The notes: generated by a model not told the origin, from the sequence alone. DNA of 18,774 nt from Azolla caroliniana (GCA_043228905.1 JBHGNT010000630.1:1-18774); one strand, 5' to 3'. Shown: positions 1 to 11,690, numbered from the stretch's first letter. A program made the numbers and translations.

Positions 1-407
1 GGTCCGATCCAGACCTTTCAAGTACCTTTGATGGCAGAAATCCTTGTTACTTTAACACAGGTGTAATGATAATGGATCTAACGAAATGGAGACTAGAGAA
101 TTGCTCAAGAAAGATAGAGCGATGGATGAAGATTCAGAAAGAAAAGAGGATATATGAGCTAGGTTCATTGCCACCATTCTTGCTAGTCTTTGCCGGTTTT
201 GTTCAACCTGTCGAGCACAGGTGGAATCAACATGGATTAGGTGGAGATAATGTGAAAGGTAGTTGTAGACCTCTTCATCCAGGACCTGTTAGTCTTCTTC
301 ATTGGAGTGGAGAAGGTAAACCATGGACCAGGTTGGATTCTCAACAACCATGTCCTCTTGATAGCTTATGGGCACCGTATGATCTATTTCTGAAGTCTCT
401 CTATTGA
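1..407 (+). CDS. GATL: Galacturonosyltransferase-like protein (GT8 family, GATL), 3' part; 5' truncated by the window edge
   Basis: Frame is open from position 3 ([26 protein letters not shown]...) to TGA at 405-407. Contains GATL hallmarks [12 protein letters not shown], [29 protein letters not shown], [21 protein letters not shown] and PCPLDxLWAPYDL. No intron in the visible part, as is typical of GATL genes. Confidence 0.96.
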   Translation, partial: SDPDLSSTFDGRNPCYFNTGVMIMDLTKWRLENCSRKIERWMKIQKEKRIYELGSLPPFLLVFAGFVQPVEHRWNQHGLGGDNVKGSCRPLHPGPVSLLHWSGEGKPWTRLDSQQPCPLDSLWAPYDLFLKSLY

Positions 408-1028
408 AATGGTTATAATCAGTCTCTCCTATGTGCATGAGAGAGAGGTATGGATCAGACACTCTCAATTCCGAAGAAGCTCAGAAAATTTGATCAAAGA
501 ATGAAAAAACTCTTTACAGTGAGATATATGAATCAGTGTTACGATACATTTGCATTGCTATTTTCACGCTGGGTGCTGTGGCTATGGTGGCTTTTGCACT
601 TTGTCTAGGTTGAGATATATGATTCAGTGGAACCAAATTCAATTTGTTTGTGATGATGATGATAATGGTGGTGGTGCTATTTCTGCAGAAGATAGAAGAA
701 GGTTTCTTTTGAAGATGATTTGTATTCAGCTTGGATCACAAGATAGAGAGATAAAACCTGTGTAGATAATCCAATTTTGTTACCAGAGTGTTACAGGATT
801 CTCTTAAGCTGAAAGGAGTGAGTAAATATGGTAGTAAATCCATACATATATTAGCCATATCCATTATCAAATCTCTCTCACCTCTCCCCCTAAAGGAACC
901 TTTCTTAGCTTCTCAGGCATATTCCAGTTATTTTGCTCTTTAGAAAAGAAAACAAATTCATTCAGTGTAAGTAATGGTTTGGCGTGCTTGTTCCCTATAC
1001 ACCATAACCATGAATTGCACCCATCTCT

Positions 1029-1232
1029 GTATGAGATGTGTGCATCAGCAATAAAAATTCAGTGAAATTTCGCTTCCGATTATTAATTCATTCTCTTCCT
1101 TCCGTTTAACACCAGTTTATTTTATTGTGTGTATGAGATGTGCGCATCAGCAATAAAAATTCAGTGGAATTTCGCTTCTGGTTATTAATTCATTATCTTC
1201 CTTCCACTTAACACGAGTTTGTTTTGTTGTCT
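1029..1232. repeat. Tandem duplication, 2 x 102 bp
   Basis: gtatgagatgtgYgcatcagcaataaaaattcagtgRaatttcgcttc...ttaacac begins at 1029 and again at 1131; the copies differ by scattered substitutions. Confidence 0.95.
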
Positions 1233-1238
1233 ATGTGT

Positions 1239-1243
<5 letters not shown>

Positions 1244-1273
<30 letters not shown>
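1244..1273. repeat. (AG)15 microsatellite
   Basis: Read directly. Confidence 0.95.
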
Positions 1274-1274
<1 letters not shown>

Positions 1275-1417
1275 ACTTGACTTATTTCATATTTTGCCTT
1301 TTCTAAACAGCATTATTTTTATGTTATGATAACGGTCTTCTCTTTTCACCATCTTTCTGTAATATTTGCTCTATCAAAGGATATATAGAGATACCTTTGC
1401 AGGCGTTTCCTTTTACG

Positions 1418-1623
1418 AATAAATGTGAGAGGGTCTTTGTTCTGATTATTACTGCTCCGCTAGTTTGGTCTGACAACTACTACTATTAAGAAGACTCTTT
1501 GATTGTGTCTGTGCAGACAGTTCTCTGGGTAAATAAATGTGAGAGCTCTATTTGACTACACTACTACTCTAGTCTGATAACTACTACATACTACTACTAC
1601 TACGAAGGCTCTTGATTGTGTCT
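1418..1623. repeat. Diverged direct repeat, 2 x ~92 bp (period ~114) with internal (CTA)n tracts
   Basis: aataaatgtgagag...gtctgaYaactactac...gaagRctc...ttgattgtgtct at 1418-1510 and 1532-1623. Confidence 0.85.
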
Positions 1624-1627
1624 TTCC

Positions 1628-1794
1628 AAGAAGAAGAAGAAGAAGAAAAGGGAAAAAAAAAACTCTCGCTGGTTTCCCATGCTTTGATTGGGTCTGCTGA
1701 AAAGCAAAAGCGAAATGTTTTTGCTATTTGCTGTTGTTTTTCGGTTCTAAAAAGTAGCTATTGTTCAGAAATCTCTCTTTCTGTCACTGGCTCG

Positions 1795-1828
<34 letters not shown>

Positions 1829-2024
1829 CTCTCTCTCTCTCTCTCTCTACTTATGTTTGTGTCATTCCATGAGCTATAGGTGTACCCATGATGAGACAGA
1901 GCACTCCACCTTTTTGGTCTTCTTTTTGTCTTTTGCATTCTATTGTACATCATGTAGTGTAGTGTAGTGTGGCTGGCTGGCTGGCTATATGCCTCTCCAA
2001 ACAAAAAAAAACCCTTTCTTCTGC

Positions 2025-2060
<36 letters not shown>
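1628..2060. repeat. Microsatellite cluster: (AAG)6 at 1628-1645, compound (CA)14(CT)12 at 1797-1848, (TAGTG)n/(GGCT)4 at ~1954-1987, (CT)16 at 2029-2060
   Basis: Read directly; these tracts account for the spurious ORFs at 1612-2004. Confidence 0.92.
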
Positions 2061-2064
<4 letters not shown>

Positions 2065-2369
2065 GGATGATGGGTATTTTGATAGATAGATAGAGCATTT
2101 TACCTCTTCACTAAAAAACTATGTGTATTTTGACCTCGTGGCTGAATGGATTGAAAGGATAAATGGACACGAACCCCAAGGTCTCACTCCCCACCCCAAC
2201 CGGCATACCAAGTGATGACCAGAACCCCCTTTTTCGTGCCTTTGTCGAACAACTGTACCACTTCAACTAAATAAATGTCTATTTACCCATCTCTCTCCCT
2301 CTCTTAGTATATATATATATTACATGTATAGAGAGAGAGGTATAACCTTTAATCACTTTGGGCTGTAAG

Positions 2370-2660
2370 CATTGGTCATCGAAGCATCTTCCAGCAAGAA
2401 TGATTTGGGTAGGAGTCAGGACCACCTTGAATGCATGAATATGAGTCCTTTGAAAAGAATGGCATTATTTTTCCAATCCTTAAGGGCGGATTTGTAAAGC
2501 TATGCTTGTTTTGAAAAAAGAAAGGTTTAGTTCCACATTTATAATGTATAGAAAGAAGGTGAATTGCCTTTAGAAGATCTGGATTGTGGAAAGTGAATTC
2601 TGTTTAAAGCCATGCTTTTGACAACAAATTTCGTTCCAAATATATTGTTGGTCCCTTATT
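2370..2660 (-). mobile_element. Possible highly decayed L1-type LINE fragment (region just downstream of the RT core)
   Basis: Minus-strand peptides across frameshifts and stops, in the order expected for plant L1 ORF2: GPTIYL...GNSPSFYTL*MW...DWKK*CHSFQR...KVVLTPT...SCW. Motif recognition by eye only. Confidence 0.35.
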
Positions 2661-2701
2661 GACCTCAGAAAGGTGGTACAAACCACAATTGTTCTCAACT
2701 G

Positions 2702-2868
2702 GGACCTTGGAATAGTTTCCTCTAACTATTTGGCTGAGTTTCCTTTGCCCAAGGAACCTGATCGTATTTCTTTCCCTCCTTAAGAATGCAATCCTGTCCT
2801 TAATGAGGACCTTCGAAGAGTTTTCTTCAACTATTTGGCCAAGTTTCCTTTGCATAGGAACTTGATAG
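2702..2868. repeat. Direct repeat, 2 x ~62 bp, period 105
   Basis: ggacctt.gaa.agttt.ct..aactatttggc..agtttcctttgc...aggaacYtgat at 2702 and 2807; visible as QRKLGQIV/QRKLSQIV in ORF 2604..2855. Confidence 0.85.
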
Positions 2869-5349
2869 AATTATAGCTGTTGCATTATTATGAGTAACAT
2901 TTTCAACTAGAGTTACAATTGCCTTTTTTAGGAGAATTTTTGCAAGGATACCCTTGGGTTGAGTAAAATGAACTTCTCTAAAACCCACATTTTTTGAAAG
3001 AAACTTGATTTGAACTCTTGTGCAATGTAGTCATTTTATGTTAGTTACAAAACATAAAAGTTAAAACCGTGTAATTACCTTTTTTATTTAACATGTAAAG
3101 ACAATTGTTTCCTTAAGATTCGTACTTCCAAACAAATTTAATAACCATTTGATTTTCCTTTCCATTGTTACGAAAACGAACCAACACCATAGGGATTTTG
3201 AAGAAAATAAAAATACCAATCCCATTCTCGGTAAAGTAGATGAGATTCATGGATAGTAAGAATCAGCTAGAAATTACACTAAATCATGATACTCACACGT
3301 ATTTTCTCAAGTACTAGGGATCCTCATAACCTTGTAGATTAGGTCAAATATTGGTGTATGTAGCGTAGCTTCTTAATTAAAATGAAATGAATGGTGTTAC
3401 AATGGTTATACTTGCCTTTCAAGGGGAAGAGATGGGGCACTTTTCTCAACTATCTTTTCAACTTCTCCTTTATCGTTGCGACCCCCATCAAACTAGTTAT
3501 TAGGTTTGTGGGATGTGTTGGATTCAGAATCATTTATGTGAAACTATTTGAACTAGATCTTATCATCTGAGTGAGTACTAGAATAGGGAACTAGACTACT
3601 TCCATATTATCCATGGAGCAATAAACTAAAAAAGGGTAGGCTTCCAAGGAAAATGAAATAAAAATGTCAACTGACTTTTCGTGAAACCTCAAGCACCATC
3701 TCTCTGAATAATGGTTGTGTTTCAATAATTCTTCTGTCTCTCTCACATATATGTGCATGCATCCAACCATACCAACCCACATATGCCCACCCATTTGCAT
3801 GATGGGGACTAGCCCCAAGGGACATAGTGAAGCATAAGAGCCTTTATTTTCTTAATTGTTAGAAAACCCCTAAATTGACAACTTGCACATTTGATTAGTC
3901 TTGTAGACTTTTTTATAAGGCGTAATCATGTAATGTATGTATGCATGCAAATATATATGTATATATTCAGGTAAAGGTTTCCTTTCCGTAGATCAAGAAT
4001 CTTTTACAAAGTATTCAAAGGGATGATATTTTTGTATAGTTTTCGAACTCTGGACGATAAAGTTTTACCATGTAATATGACACATAAATTTATATGGATA
4101 ATACATTTTCTAGCAAAAGCTATGCATAATTTAAATGACGAATTTCACGTACATTGATGTGTTTTAGAATAAATTAAGGTTGATAAAAGCTGTATGATGT
4201 AATGATATATCTTGATCAAGGGTGTCATGATATAATTATATATGTTGCTTGAGTCTATTATTTCATAATTTTATACGTCAATTGAGGGTATATGTTATGT
4301 TTGTTTTTTTAACATGCCATTCCATGTTCTGTTTAGAATAGAATGCATTAAGTATGATATGCTAAATGTCCAAAAGGGGTAACACTGGAGGTAAGGCTTT
4401 GTTCATGGAATATTGTGGCGATGAATTCATTGGCTTTGATCCAAAGTAACAAGTTTACAGAATATTGTCCCATGTTGATTGTACTATGAAAAGGCATTTG
4501 GTCATGTGATTTGTAATCCACATTTCTAAAAGATTTTCAATGATGTAAGAATTTTAATAGTTCGATTTATAACTAGAGAAACAATATTGTAAAACATAAA
4601 TTTAGCATGACCAAAATATTTATATTAATGTTCCAAATTATGATTTGTTGGAGATTTGGGCTAGTTCGGCATCCATTTTGTTATTTTCTGTTAAAAACTA
4701 ATGTTATGGATTTGGATGGCTATTTAGTCCTTTGGATTATGGTGCACAATGATTAATATAAATTCAAATTAATAAAAAAAACCGGTGTTAACATAACAGT
4801 TTGCAATAAGAGCAAAATGTGCGCACACAATTCTGAAATTGATGTCAAAGCTTCTCTATGGAGTATGAGAGTTAAATAAAAAGTCATACAAAAAGAGAGG
4901 GGGTTTGCTTTTTGTCAGCTTATACTGAGGGGATGTGACCACAATTGGGAAAGATGTCATGACAATCCCCTGGTCGGCCCATCACGAAAGATGATTACAT
5001 GAATGTGGTGTAGCCTTTAAATGGGTTTGATGACGAATTCACTTTAAAATATTTGATTAAATGACAAAGAGGATTGTTGAGCTTGTGATCTCTAATTAAA
5101 AAATACTCTTATGTCATAAAGGAATTTAGATATAGCTACAGAAGCATTTTTTGATGGAGAAGGAACACGTTTGTGGGATATCTTTGATTTGACTAATTGT
5201 AGACAATGACTAATACCCTAGGAATTCCACACCAAACATGATAGATGAATAGGTCAAAGTAAACGAGTTGTACTAATACATGTATGTCTTAAGAGGTGTT
5301 CCTTATGGAGATATTTCTCTACTTGTATAGTTTTTCTAGAGCCTTACCT

Positions 5350-5875
5350 ACCATTGTGTATATCTTGAATTTCTTAGCCTTCATCAACCGAGACATCCAT
5401 GTTTGCCAAACTTGATGGGGTAGCAATACTTCCAATACTGTTTTTGAAGATAGAATTGGTAATATGTTTGGATTGCCAGGCTACATAAATGATTGGTTAT
5501 CACCAATCTACATAGGTTGAGTATATGATGATATATGTCATAGAGAATCCTTGATGGATCTTTGTCACTAATGTAGGGGGGGTTCCACCGAAACTTTGTT
5601 TCAAATAGCAATATCATCTCTTACAAGCAAGTAAAATTGACCCACTTGTATCTTGCTATGTTGCAAATGAGTTTCTAGAACTCAAATACATAACCTAAAT
5701 GTAGAGAAGATCGTTGACATAATTCTCAAAGCATATTGCCCACTACACTTCCTTAAAATGTTTCATGAACATCGTTAGATCTTCTTGAGGAAACACTCCA
5801 AAATCATAAGAAGATAATAGACATTCTCACGTAAGGATGTAAACAAATCCATAAGTCAACGAGCCTACTAATATC
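5350..5875 (-). mobile_element. Decayed Ty1/copia retrotransposon fragment (RT C-terminus plus RNase H)
   Basis: Ordered minus-strand motifs through frameshifts: LVGSLTY (5851-5871), MFMKH, LRIM, GYVF (5684-5695), SKIQ (5646-5657), RILYDI, DNQS (5490-5501), KHI, LMKAKKF. These follow the copia order LVGSLxY...RFM...GYVF...SKKQ...DNQS...KHI...LTK...KF. Confidence 0.65.
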
Positions 5876-8288
5876 TTAGCAAAAGTGAGGGTTATTTAAG
5901 AATATGTAAGATCTATGGACGTGTAAGATTTAAAATTATATCATCATGTGTAATTCTTGTGTTGTAGATGCAATTTGAATCGTGGTGGATTATGGCATTT
6001 ATTTGTGGAGCATATTTGTTGGTTGTGTTTCCAACTACCATTTTCAAATATAACTGACCACTTTTTTAGAGGTGTACTCTCAAGATTTGAACCATATTAC
6101 ATCTCTTGGAAAAGGGTTGGCTGATTTTGTATTTTGAGGATGAAAAGGGGATTATAATTTAAGGACAATGGTAGGCCAAGCACATGATGTGCGCGTGTAT
6201 ATTGTCTATAGTACATTTGCAAAAACATGAGGTTTTAAGGGTCAATGTATATAGCATATGGCATATAAGGTGCCTTGAAATAAATTAAAGTAGGGCTAGT
6301 AAATCTAAATGTAAACTTACCAATTGCATGCAAACATGAGGGTCATACATAAGATGATGGTTTGGAAATTTAATTAATACATGCAAACATGTTAAGCTAC
6401 ATATTTTACTTCACATAGTACTACAATTATAAGGGTAACTTGGCATTGAGGAGCCTCTCTATGAGGTGAAATGTGTTTGCCCCTAAAAAGTTGCTAGCAT
6501 TTTTGGCTATTTGTCTTGCTCTTCCTCTTTTCCATCTCTTGATTTGTTTGTTTTATTATTATATTTCGAACTTTCTATCATATGTTGTGTTAATTAGTTT
6601 TTCTCCATTTTCATTCTCATTAGATTTCTTTTGTAGCCTAGTGATTAGAGACTAATTTCTGCTAACCTTAACCCTCAACCCTTACAATCCTAATACCCTT
6701 CTCTCCACTTGCATTTAGTTTAGGCTCATTGAAGTTCTCTCTTACATCTCAAGCTTTTAAATAAATTTCATATCTAGCTACCCTACTTCGGGTAGCTTAG
6801 GACCCCTTTCTATTGGTGGTGTGTTGCACGTCTATTGAAGATTAATATAGAACATTAGTAGCTATCATTTCAATGTTACTGAAAATATAACCACCACCAC
6901 ATGGGTGTTGGAGGAATCACATTATTGTACATGTATGCTCTTCTTCATAATAAAATTCCTCAATATTTGGGTTAGTAGCTCCTTGGATAGGTGATCAATT
7001 AAATTAATGGCGTGGTATGTAATGTCCAAGATAAATGGGCTAATAGAATTAGATCAAACACAACTTTAGAAATACAACTTTAAAACTTGGAAAGGATAAA
7101 TTCACCCTTTCAAAAGTTTGTGTACCAACTCATTGTTTTTTGCCTAAAAAGTGTCATTCCTTTAAAGTATGCACCTTTAACAAAGGAAGCTTTCTCTCTT
7201 TGTATAAATTATTTTGCACTTTTATAATAAAAACATTCCCAAAGTAAGTGTTGTTATGTTGGACCCTTATGTTTGGTCAGATGATACTACTCCACATACC
7301 TCACGTATAAGAATACTTCTAATACACAGCTCTTAAGAATAAAGAAGTTGTGAAATACTTCTAAGTGGAACGACTACTAATTTGTGGGGACCTCACGATT
7401 GGAGAACCAAGAGGACATACTACCTACTTAATACTAAAGATTGCCACATATTTTGTCTTCTACATTCATTACACAATTTCTATGCATTAACACATAAAAG
7501 TAGGTTGTCATAGATTTTTCAACGTGATTGATTCCTTCTCTGTCAATTTCTGATGTCCATGTCTTCAATAATATTATTGCCTGCTATAATATAAATGACT
7601 ATTCAAACTCAAATTTTAAAATGTTATACTCTCTATTAACTATTACTCCAAATTTGTGACATTAGTAACCTCTTCATATGATAGAAAAACATTACATGAT
7701 ATTTGTTACCGTTATGTATTCTAGTGCTGTTTTTGATGATGTTCATGCATTGATTACTACATTCCCTTGAAAATCTTAACAATAAGCCATGAACGTCTGT
7801 CCCACATGGATAATATTTGTGTTTCCTTCAAATGGATAATATGATTGATTGGGCTCAATATGGTTCATCTGAGTTGAAATATGGATGGCAACTACTGTGA
7901 CAAAATTTATATAGAACCGTGTGCATGAGCAATATTGAGTACAGATATATAGAAGCCAAAAACCAAATAGCATACACATACACAATAGAAGTTTATCAAT
8001 CAATAGATTTTCCTGTTCTCCCCCAGAAAATAATGGCCATAACCTGATGCCACGCAGTCCAAGGCAAAGTACAACCCTAAAAGGATTAGAAATTTTGAAC
8101 TAACCTTTTAACAGGCATTTGGCAAATCTTTAAAAACCTTGATGGGTAAAAAATTACCTAGCCTTTCCAAAACCTTGAAAATATCAATTCATAAGCATTA
8201 GGCCCCATGTTTTTCATGCCTGTAACCAAAAATTACTGTTGAAAGGGCAAACCATCACATTTCCTGTTTCCATAAATTTCAAAGAGGA

Positions 8289-11200
8289 TCAAGCTCCTTC
8301 AGCTATAGTTCTCTTAGAGGTACTGATATAAAGCACTGTACACATACAAACATTTCACATATGAGAAGCAATCATAGAAGATTTATAATATGGTGGGAGT
8401 TATATTTACCATTATTCCCTCTAATAAATGCATCTCCATATTTGTTCTTTAATTGCCCATTTACATATTCCTCTGTTTGTTCCATAGCAATGTTCATGTA
8501 GCCATCTAGACAAGCTAAAATACCTGTTCAAGAAACAATTTACCCAATCAGGAGGACGCCTTCACTTTGTACAATGTTTATATCATACAAATTTATGCCA
8601 GTTACTAGGAATGCTTTAATTAGCATGATCATTATATTCTACAAACATGAACAAATCACCAGAATATTTTAGCAATTGAATAAACTATTTTACACAACTT
8701 TTTACCAAGATTTCCATTAAGAAAACATGGCTGATTCTATGAAAACATTAGATGATGCAAATCATATAAAGAGTCTTTTTATGCAAACGCATCAAAACCC
8801 GCAATGCATATAAAGAATGTTTTCTTCTACATGTTCAAAGGTTCAAAATGCAGAATGCAACATCAAATCAAACAGGTCAACAGAAAGTAAAGGACTGTTT
8901 ACATGAAATAGAAGATGTCTCTTTCAATCTCAATTATATAACTCTCAGAATTTAGCCTATACAGCACAAGAAAGAAAACAATGGCATTTCTTGAAAAGGA
9001 ATACAGAAGCTTGAACTATGAGTAACTATACACTGATTTTCTGACATCTTGACTTCCGTTACCTTACAGAGGCCATATGCCTAACTATGGTTGTGCCATT
9101 AACTTTTATCGATGGACTAAGAAAACTAAGCAACTAAGAGGCCACTAGAAATAGTAGTAGATTATACAGCATAAAACTTAAAAAAGGACATTATAGGAGT
9201 CAGATTATAGAAGTCGTAGTTATATTCATTGGTAATGCTATGGTTGCAGCTTAAATTCTGAATATTGGGTGAATATCCAATATCCAATTTGAATTTACTC
9301 TTTCCTGCAGTAACATGGATGAATGAGGTTGTTTGAGGGCAGTAAAGAACCATTAATCTTTGGAAGACTGACTCACAATTACTGTGTTAGGGTTTGTTTG
9401 TTTTGTTGGCCAATTATAGTGATGTATCATATGGTTTATAATTATTCCTGTCTCATTCACAAATATCAACTTATTCGCCCATTATGGCTGCCCAATCTGG
9501 ATAGCAACAAAAGAGGTCCTAAAGGTGTATAGAGATGGAGGAAAAAATAAATGATGAAATTATAACCATTACGCAACCATAATTAGCCACAAGGAGCAAA
9601 TAAGTTTTAGAAACTTGACTAAATCTTTAAATTCATATCTACTAAGTTTTTGAAGTAGCTCTTCCATAAAGGTCAAAACATTGTATAGTCATATCGTTTG
9701 AAGTAGCTATTTCATAAAGGCCAAAAAATTGCATAGTCATATCATTTGATGCAGCTCTTTCATAAAGGTCAAACAATGGTATAGTCATATCTTCATACCA
9801 AGATATTTTTGCTTAGGTCAGGATAGCAGAAAACGTTTTCAACATATTCTCCCATGAAGTGTTCAACACACACAGACATACACATAATTTTTCCAGGAAC
9901 TTATGAAATAATCTGTACTATAATTAAGAAAATATATCTATGCCAATTGAAGACAATTAAAAGTTCTAATGATTCAATTAAGTTGATCAACAGATGTGAT
10001 TCCCAAAGAAGCTATAACTATTTCATCACATTATCACAGATGTAGAGTAGTTGGGGTGATGGCTTTTCATACAAATATTTTGAAATCAAATTTTGTGTTT
10101 TGAGTTTGATTAAGAGCATTGGACAAGATATTCAGAGTGCTACTGATAATAGAATCTACAAATACATATGATAGACTTTGGATCATAGATTGCGTAAGAA
10201 ACAAAAATTCAAACAGAACAGAAACTTAAGGAACCAATTTAGCAGAAACTCTGGTAAAGTTTCACAACGCTGGTCATGGATAACAAAGGAAACAGCCATT
10301 TGAAAAATACATTCAAGCTTGTCCCTTTAGTGAGAGAATTAATCTTCAGAGAACCAATCAATGGAGTAGGTATCGCCTACAGTATGAGGGCCAGCCACAT
10401 TGTGGATTTGGATTCATCAGGGTTACGAGATGTTTGATAATTAACTCTGAACTACCCCACATGTATGTATACTAAACTTGGATGCATCTGTAAAATACTC
10501 GGATATGTGGTCAATAGACAGCTGATTTATAATCTTGTTTTCTGGATTCCTGACTCAAACATGGAGTGAAGAATCCAACACTATTACCTTGGGATGAAGA
10601 TATTGAAATACAGCCATTCATCTTTATTTCACAAATAAAATGCATGAAAGTGTTGATTTCACCATGTAAAATGCATGATTGTGTGTTGTGTTTGTTTTCC
10701 TTATGATCTTTATTAACCAAATATTGTCGATGATCTTTATGGGGTCGCAGTTATATAAACTTCATAAAAAAATTTAGAAGGCACAAACTTTGAGCAATGA
10801 TTGAGAGAGTACATTTTGGCCTTTATGAAACTCGTATCCCAATGCTCTCCTTTGCACTCTTCAAATTACCAAATCAATTTCCACCCAAGTGCATCCAGCT
10901 CAAATGAATAAAATGGCTTTTTCATCTATCATTGCATTCCCCATTCCATTATGTAAAATGCAATGGAAGTTTTGTACATCAATGTGAAAGTCAAAGAAGA
11001 AATTTGATCCACACAGGAAACATTTGAATCAGCAAAAGCCTTACATCAACAAAATAGAACATTTAGTTTAACATCAACATCAATATTTTCCGCGCAAGGA
11101 AGAAGTCAGGAAAGGTTCACATATTCATGTGTCTTTCCCAGCAGACAAAACACGAAGAACAGAAAGAACACGTTTTTGTTTTTTCCTTCTGTATCTGAGA

Positions 11201-11342
11201 ACAGGAAGAAGAAAAAGGACTCACCTCTGTAATCGACGCCAGAATTGAGCTTAACGACGACAGGGCGACCTCGTATTGACTTGAGGAAATCCGCGGGAGT
11301 CTTCGCAGAAGAAACAGAAGAAGAACCTCCACCTCCGTTCAT
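8289..11342 (-). CDS. LSM6: U6 snRNA-associated Sm-like protein LSm6; complement(join(8289..8335,8410..8523,11225..11342)), 92 aa
   Basis: Spliced product MNGGGGSSSVSSAKTPADFLKSIRGRPVVVKLNSGVDYRGILACLDGYMNIAMEQTEEYVNGQLKNKYGDAFIRGNNVLYISTSKRTIAEGA*. Sm1 (DGYMN) and Sm2 (FIRGNNV) motifs are characteristic of LSm6. Both introns are GT-AG phase 1 (8524..11224, 2701 nt; 8336..8409, 74 nt). Total 279 nt, in frame. Confidence 0.97.
9649..9791. repeat. Minisatellite, 3 x 48 bp, inside LSM6 intron 1
   Basis: tttgaWgYagct.ttYcataaaggYcaaa....tgYatagtcatatc starts at 9649, 9697 and 9745. Confidence 0.93.
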
Positions 11343-11360
11343 ATTTCTCACTCTCTGCAG

Positions 11361-11403
11361 AAACCCTAATCCCGCTCTTTTCTTTTCTCTTGTAAACCCT
11401 AAT
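11361..11403. promoter_or_regulatory. Two telo-boxes (AAACCCTAAT) immediately upstream of the LSM6 ATG
   Basis: AAACCCTAAT at 11361-11370 and 11394-11403. Telo-boxes are established elements near the starts of plant translation and RNA-processing genes. Confidence 0.7.
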
Positions 11404-11453
11404 CAGTCTCTCTCTTTTCTTTCAGCGTCCGCGTTGGCATCCGCGTGTATTGC

Positions 11454-11563
11454 ATACATACACATACATATACATATATACATACATACATATTGATATA
11501 CATATATATGATATATGTATATGCATATATTACATATATACGTATACATATACATACACATAT
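11454..11563. repeat. (TA)n/(CATA)n low-complexity microsatellite upstream of LSM6
   Basis: Read directly; accounts for spurious ORF 11399..11635. Confidence 0.9.
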
Positions 11564-11690
11564 TCTATAACTACAGTCTACTATAATGTTTGAGGAAACC
11601 ACAAATATATGCATGGACTTGGCTTCTCTATGCAAGTTTGTCGGTCAGTTGCGGCCATAACCTCACCCTATTGTTATCCTTTTGCTTTGG

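Noticed and set aside
550-765. 71-aa ORF after GATL
   Set aside because: Non-ATG start, no recognisable motif, and located in the probable 3' UTR.
1240-1276. gacag(ag)n...gagcac resembles the ends of miR156, with a ctctctttctgtca star-like piece at ~1773-1786
   Set aside because: The core is an expanded AG microsatellite, no mature 20-21 nt match exists, and the two arms are more than 500 nt apart.
1612-2004. Three overlapping short ORFs
   Set aside because: Translations of microsatellites (THTH, SLSL, CVCV).
4927-4970. Purine tracts followed by TG (gaggggatgtgac, gggaaagatgtcatgac) suggesting a PPT/LTR boundary
   Set aside because: No second LTR copy or matching terminus found, and it is on the opposite strand to the copia fragment.
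6660-6700. taaccttaaccctcaaccctta telomere-like tract
   Set aside because: Too short and degenerate to call an interstitial telomeric repeat.
6776-6797. Perfect 8-bp hairpin agctaccc-tacttc-gggtagct, considered as a Helitron 3' end
   Set aside because: The CTAG overlaps the stem rather than lying ~10 nt downstream, and there is no other Helitron evidence.
9649-9791. Regularly spaced repeat considered as CRISPR-like
   Set aside because: Head-to-tail units with no unique spacers, in a eukaryotic intron.
10340-10425. Box C/D-like pair (TGATGA...CTGA) on the minus strand in LSM6 intron 1
   Set aside because: Imperfect box C, no terminal stem, and no rRNA or snRNA guide I could recognise.
11106-11224. 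C-terminal extension of ORF 11106..11351 (ESFFFFLF...)
   Set aside because: Read-through into intron 1 past the GTGAGT donor; the real start is the ATG at 11342, not the GTG at 11351.
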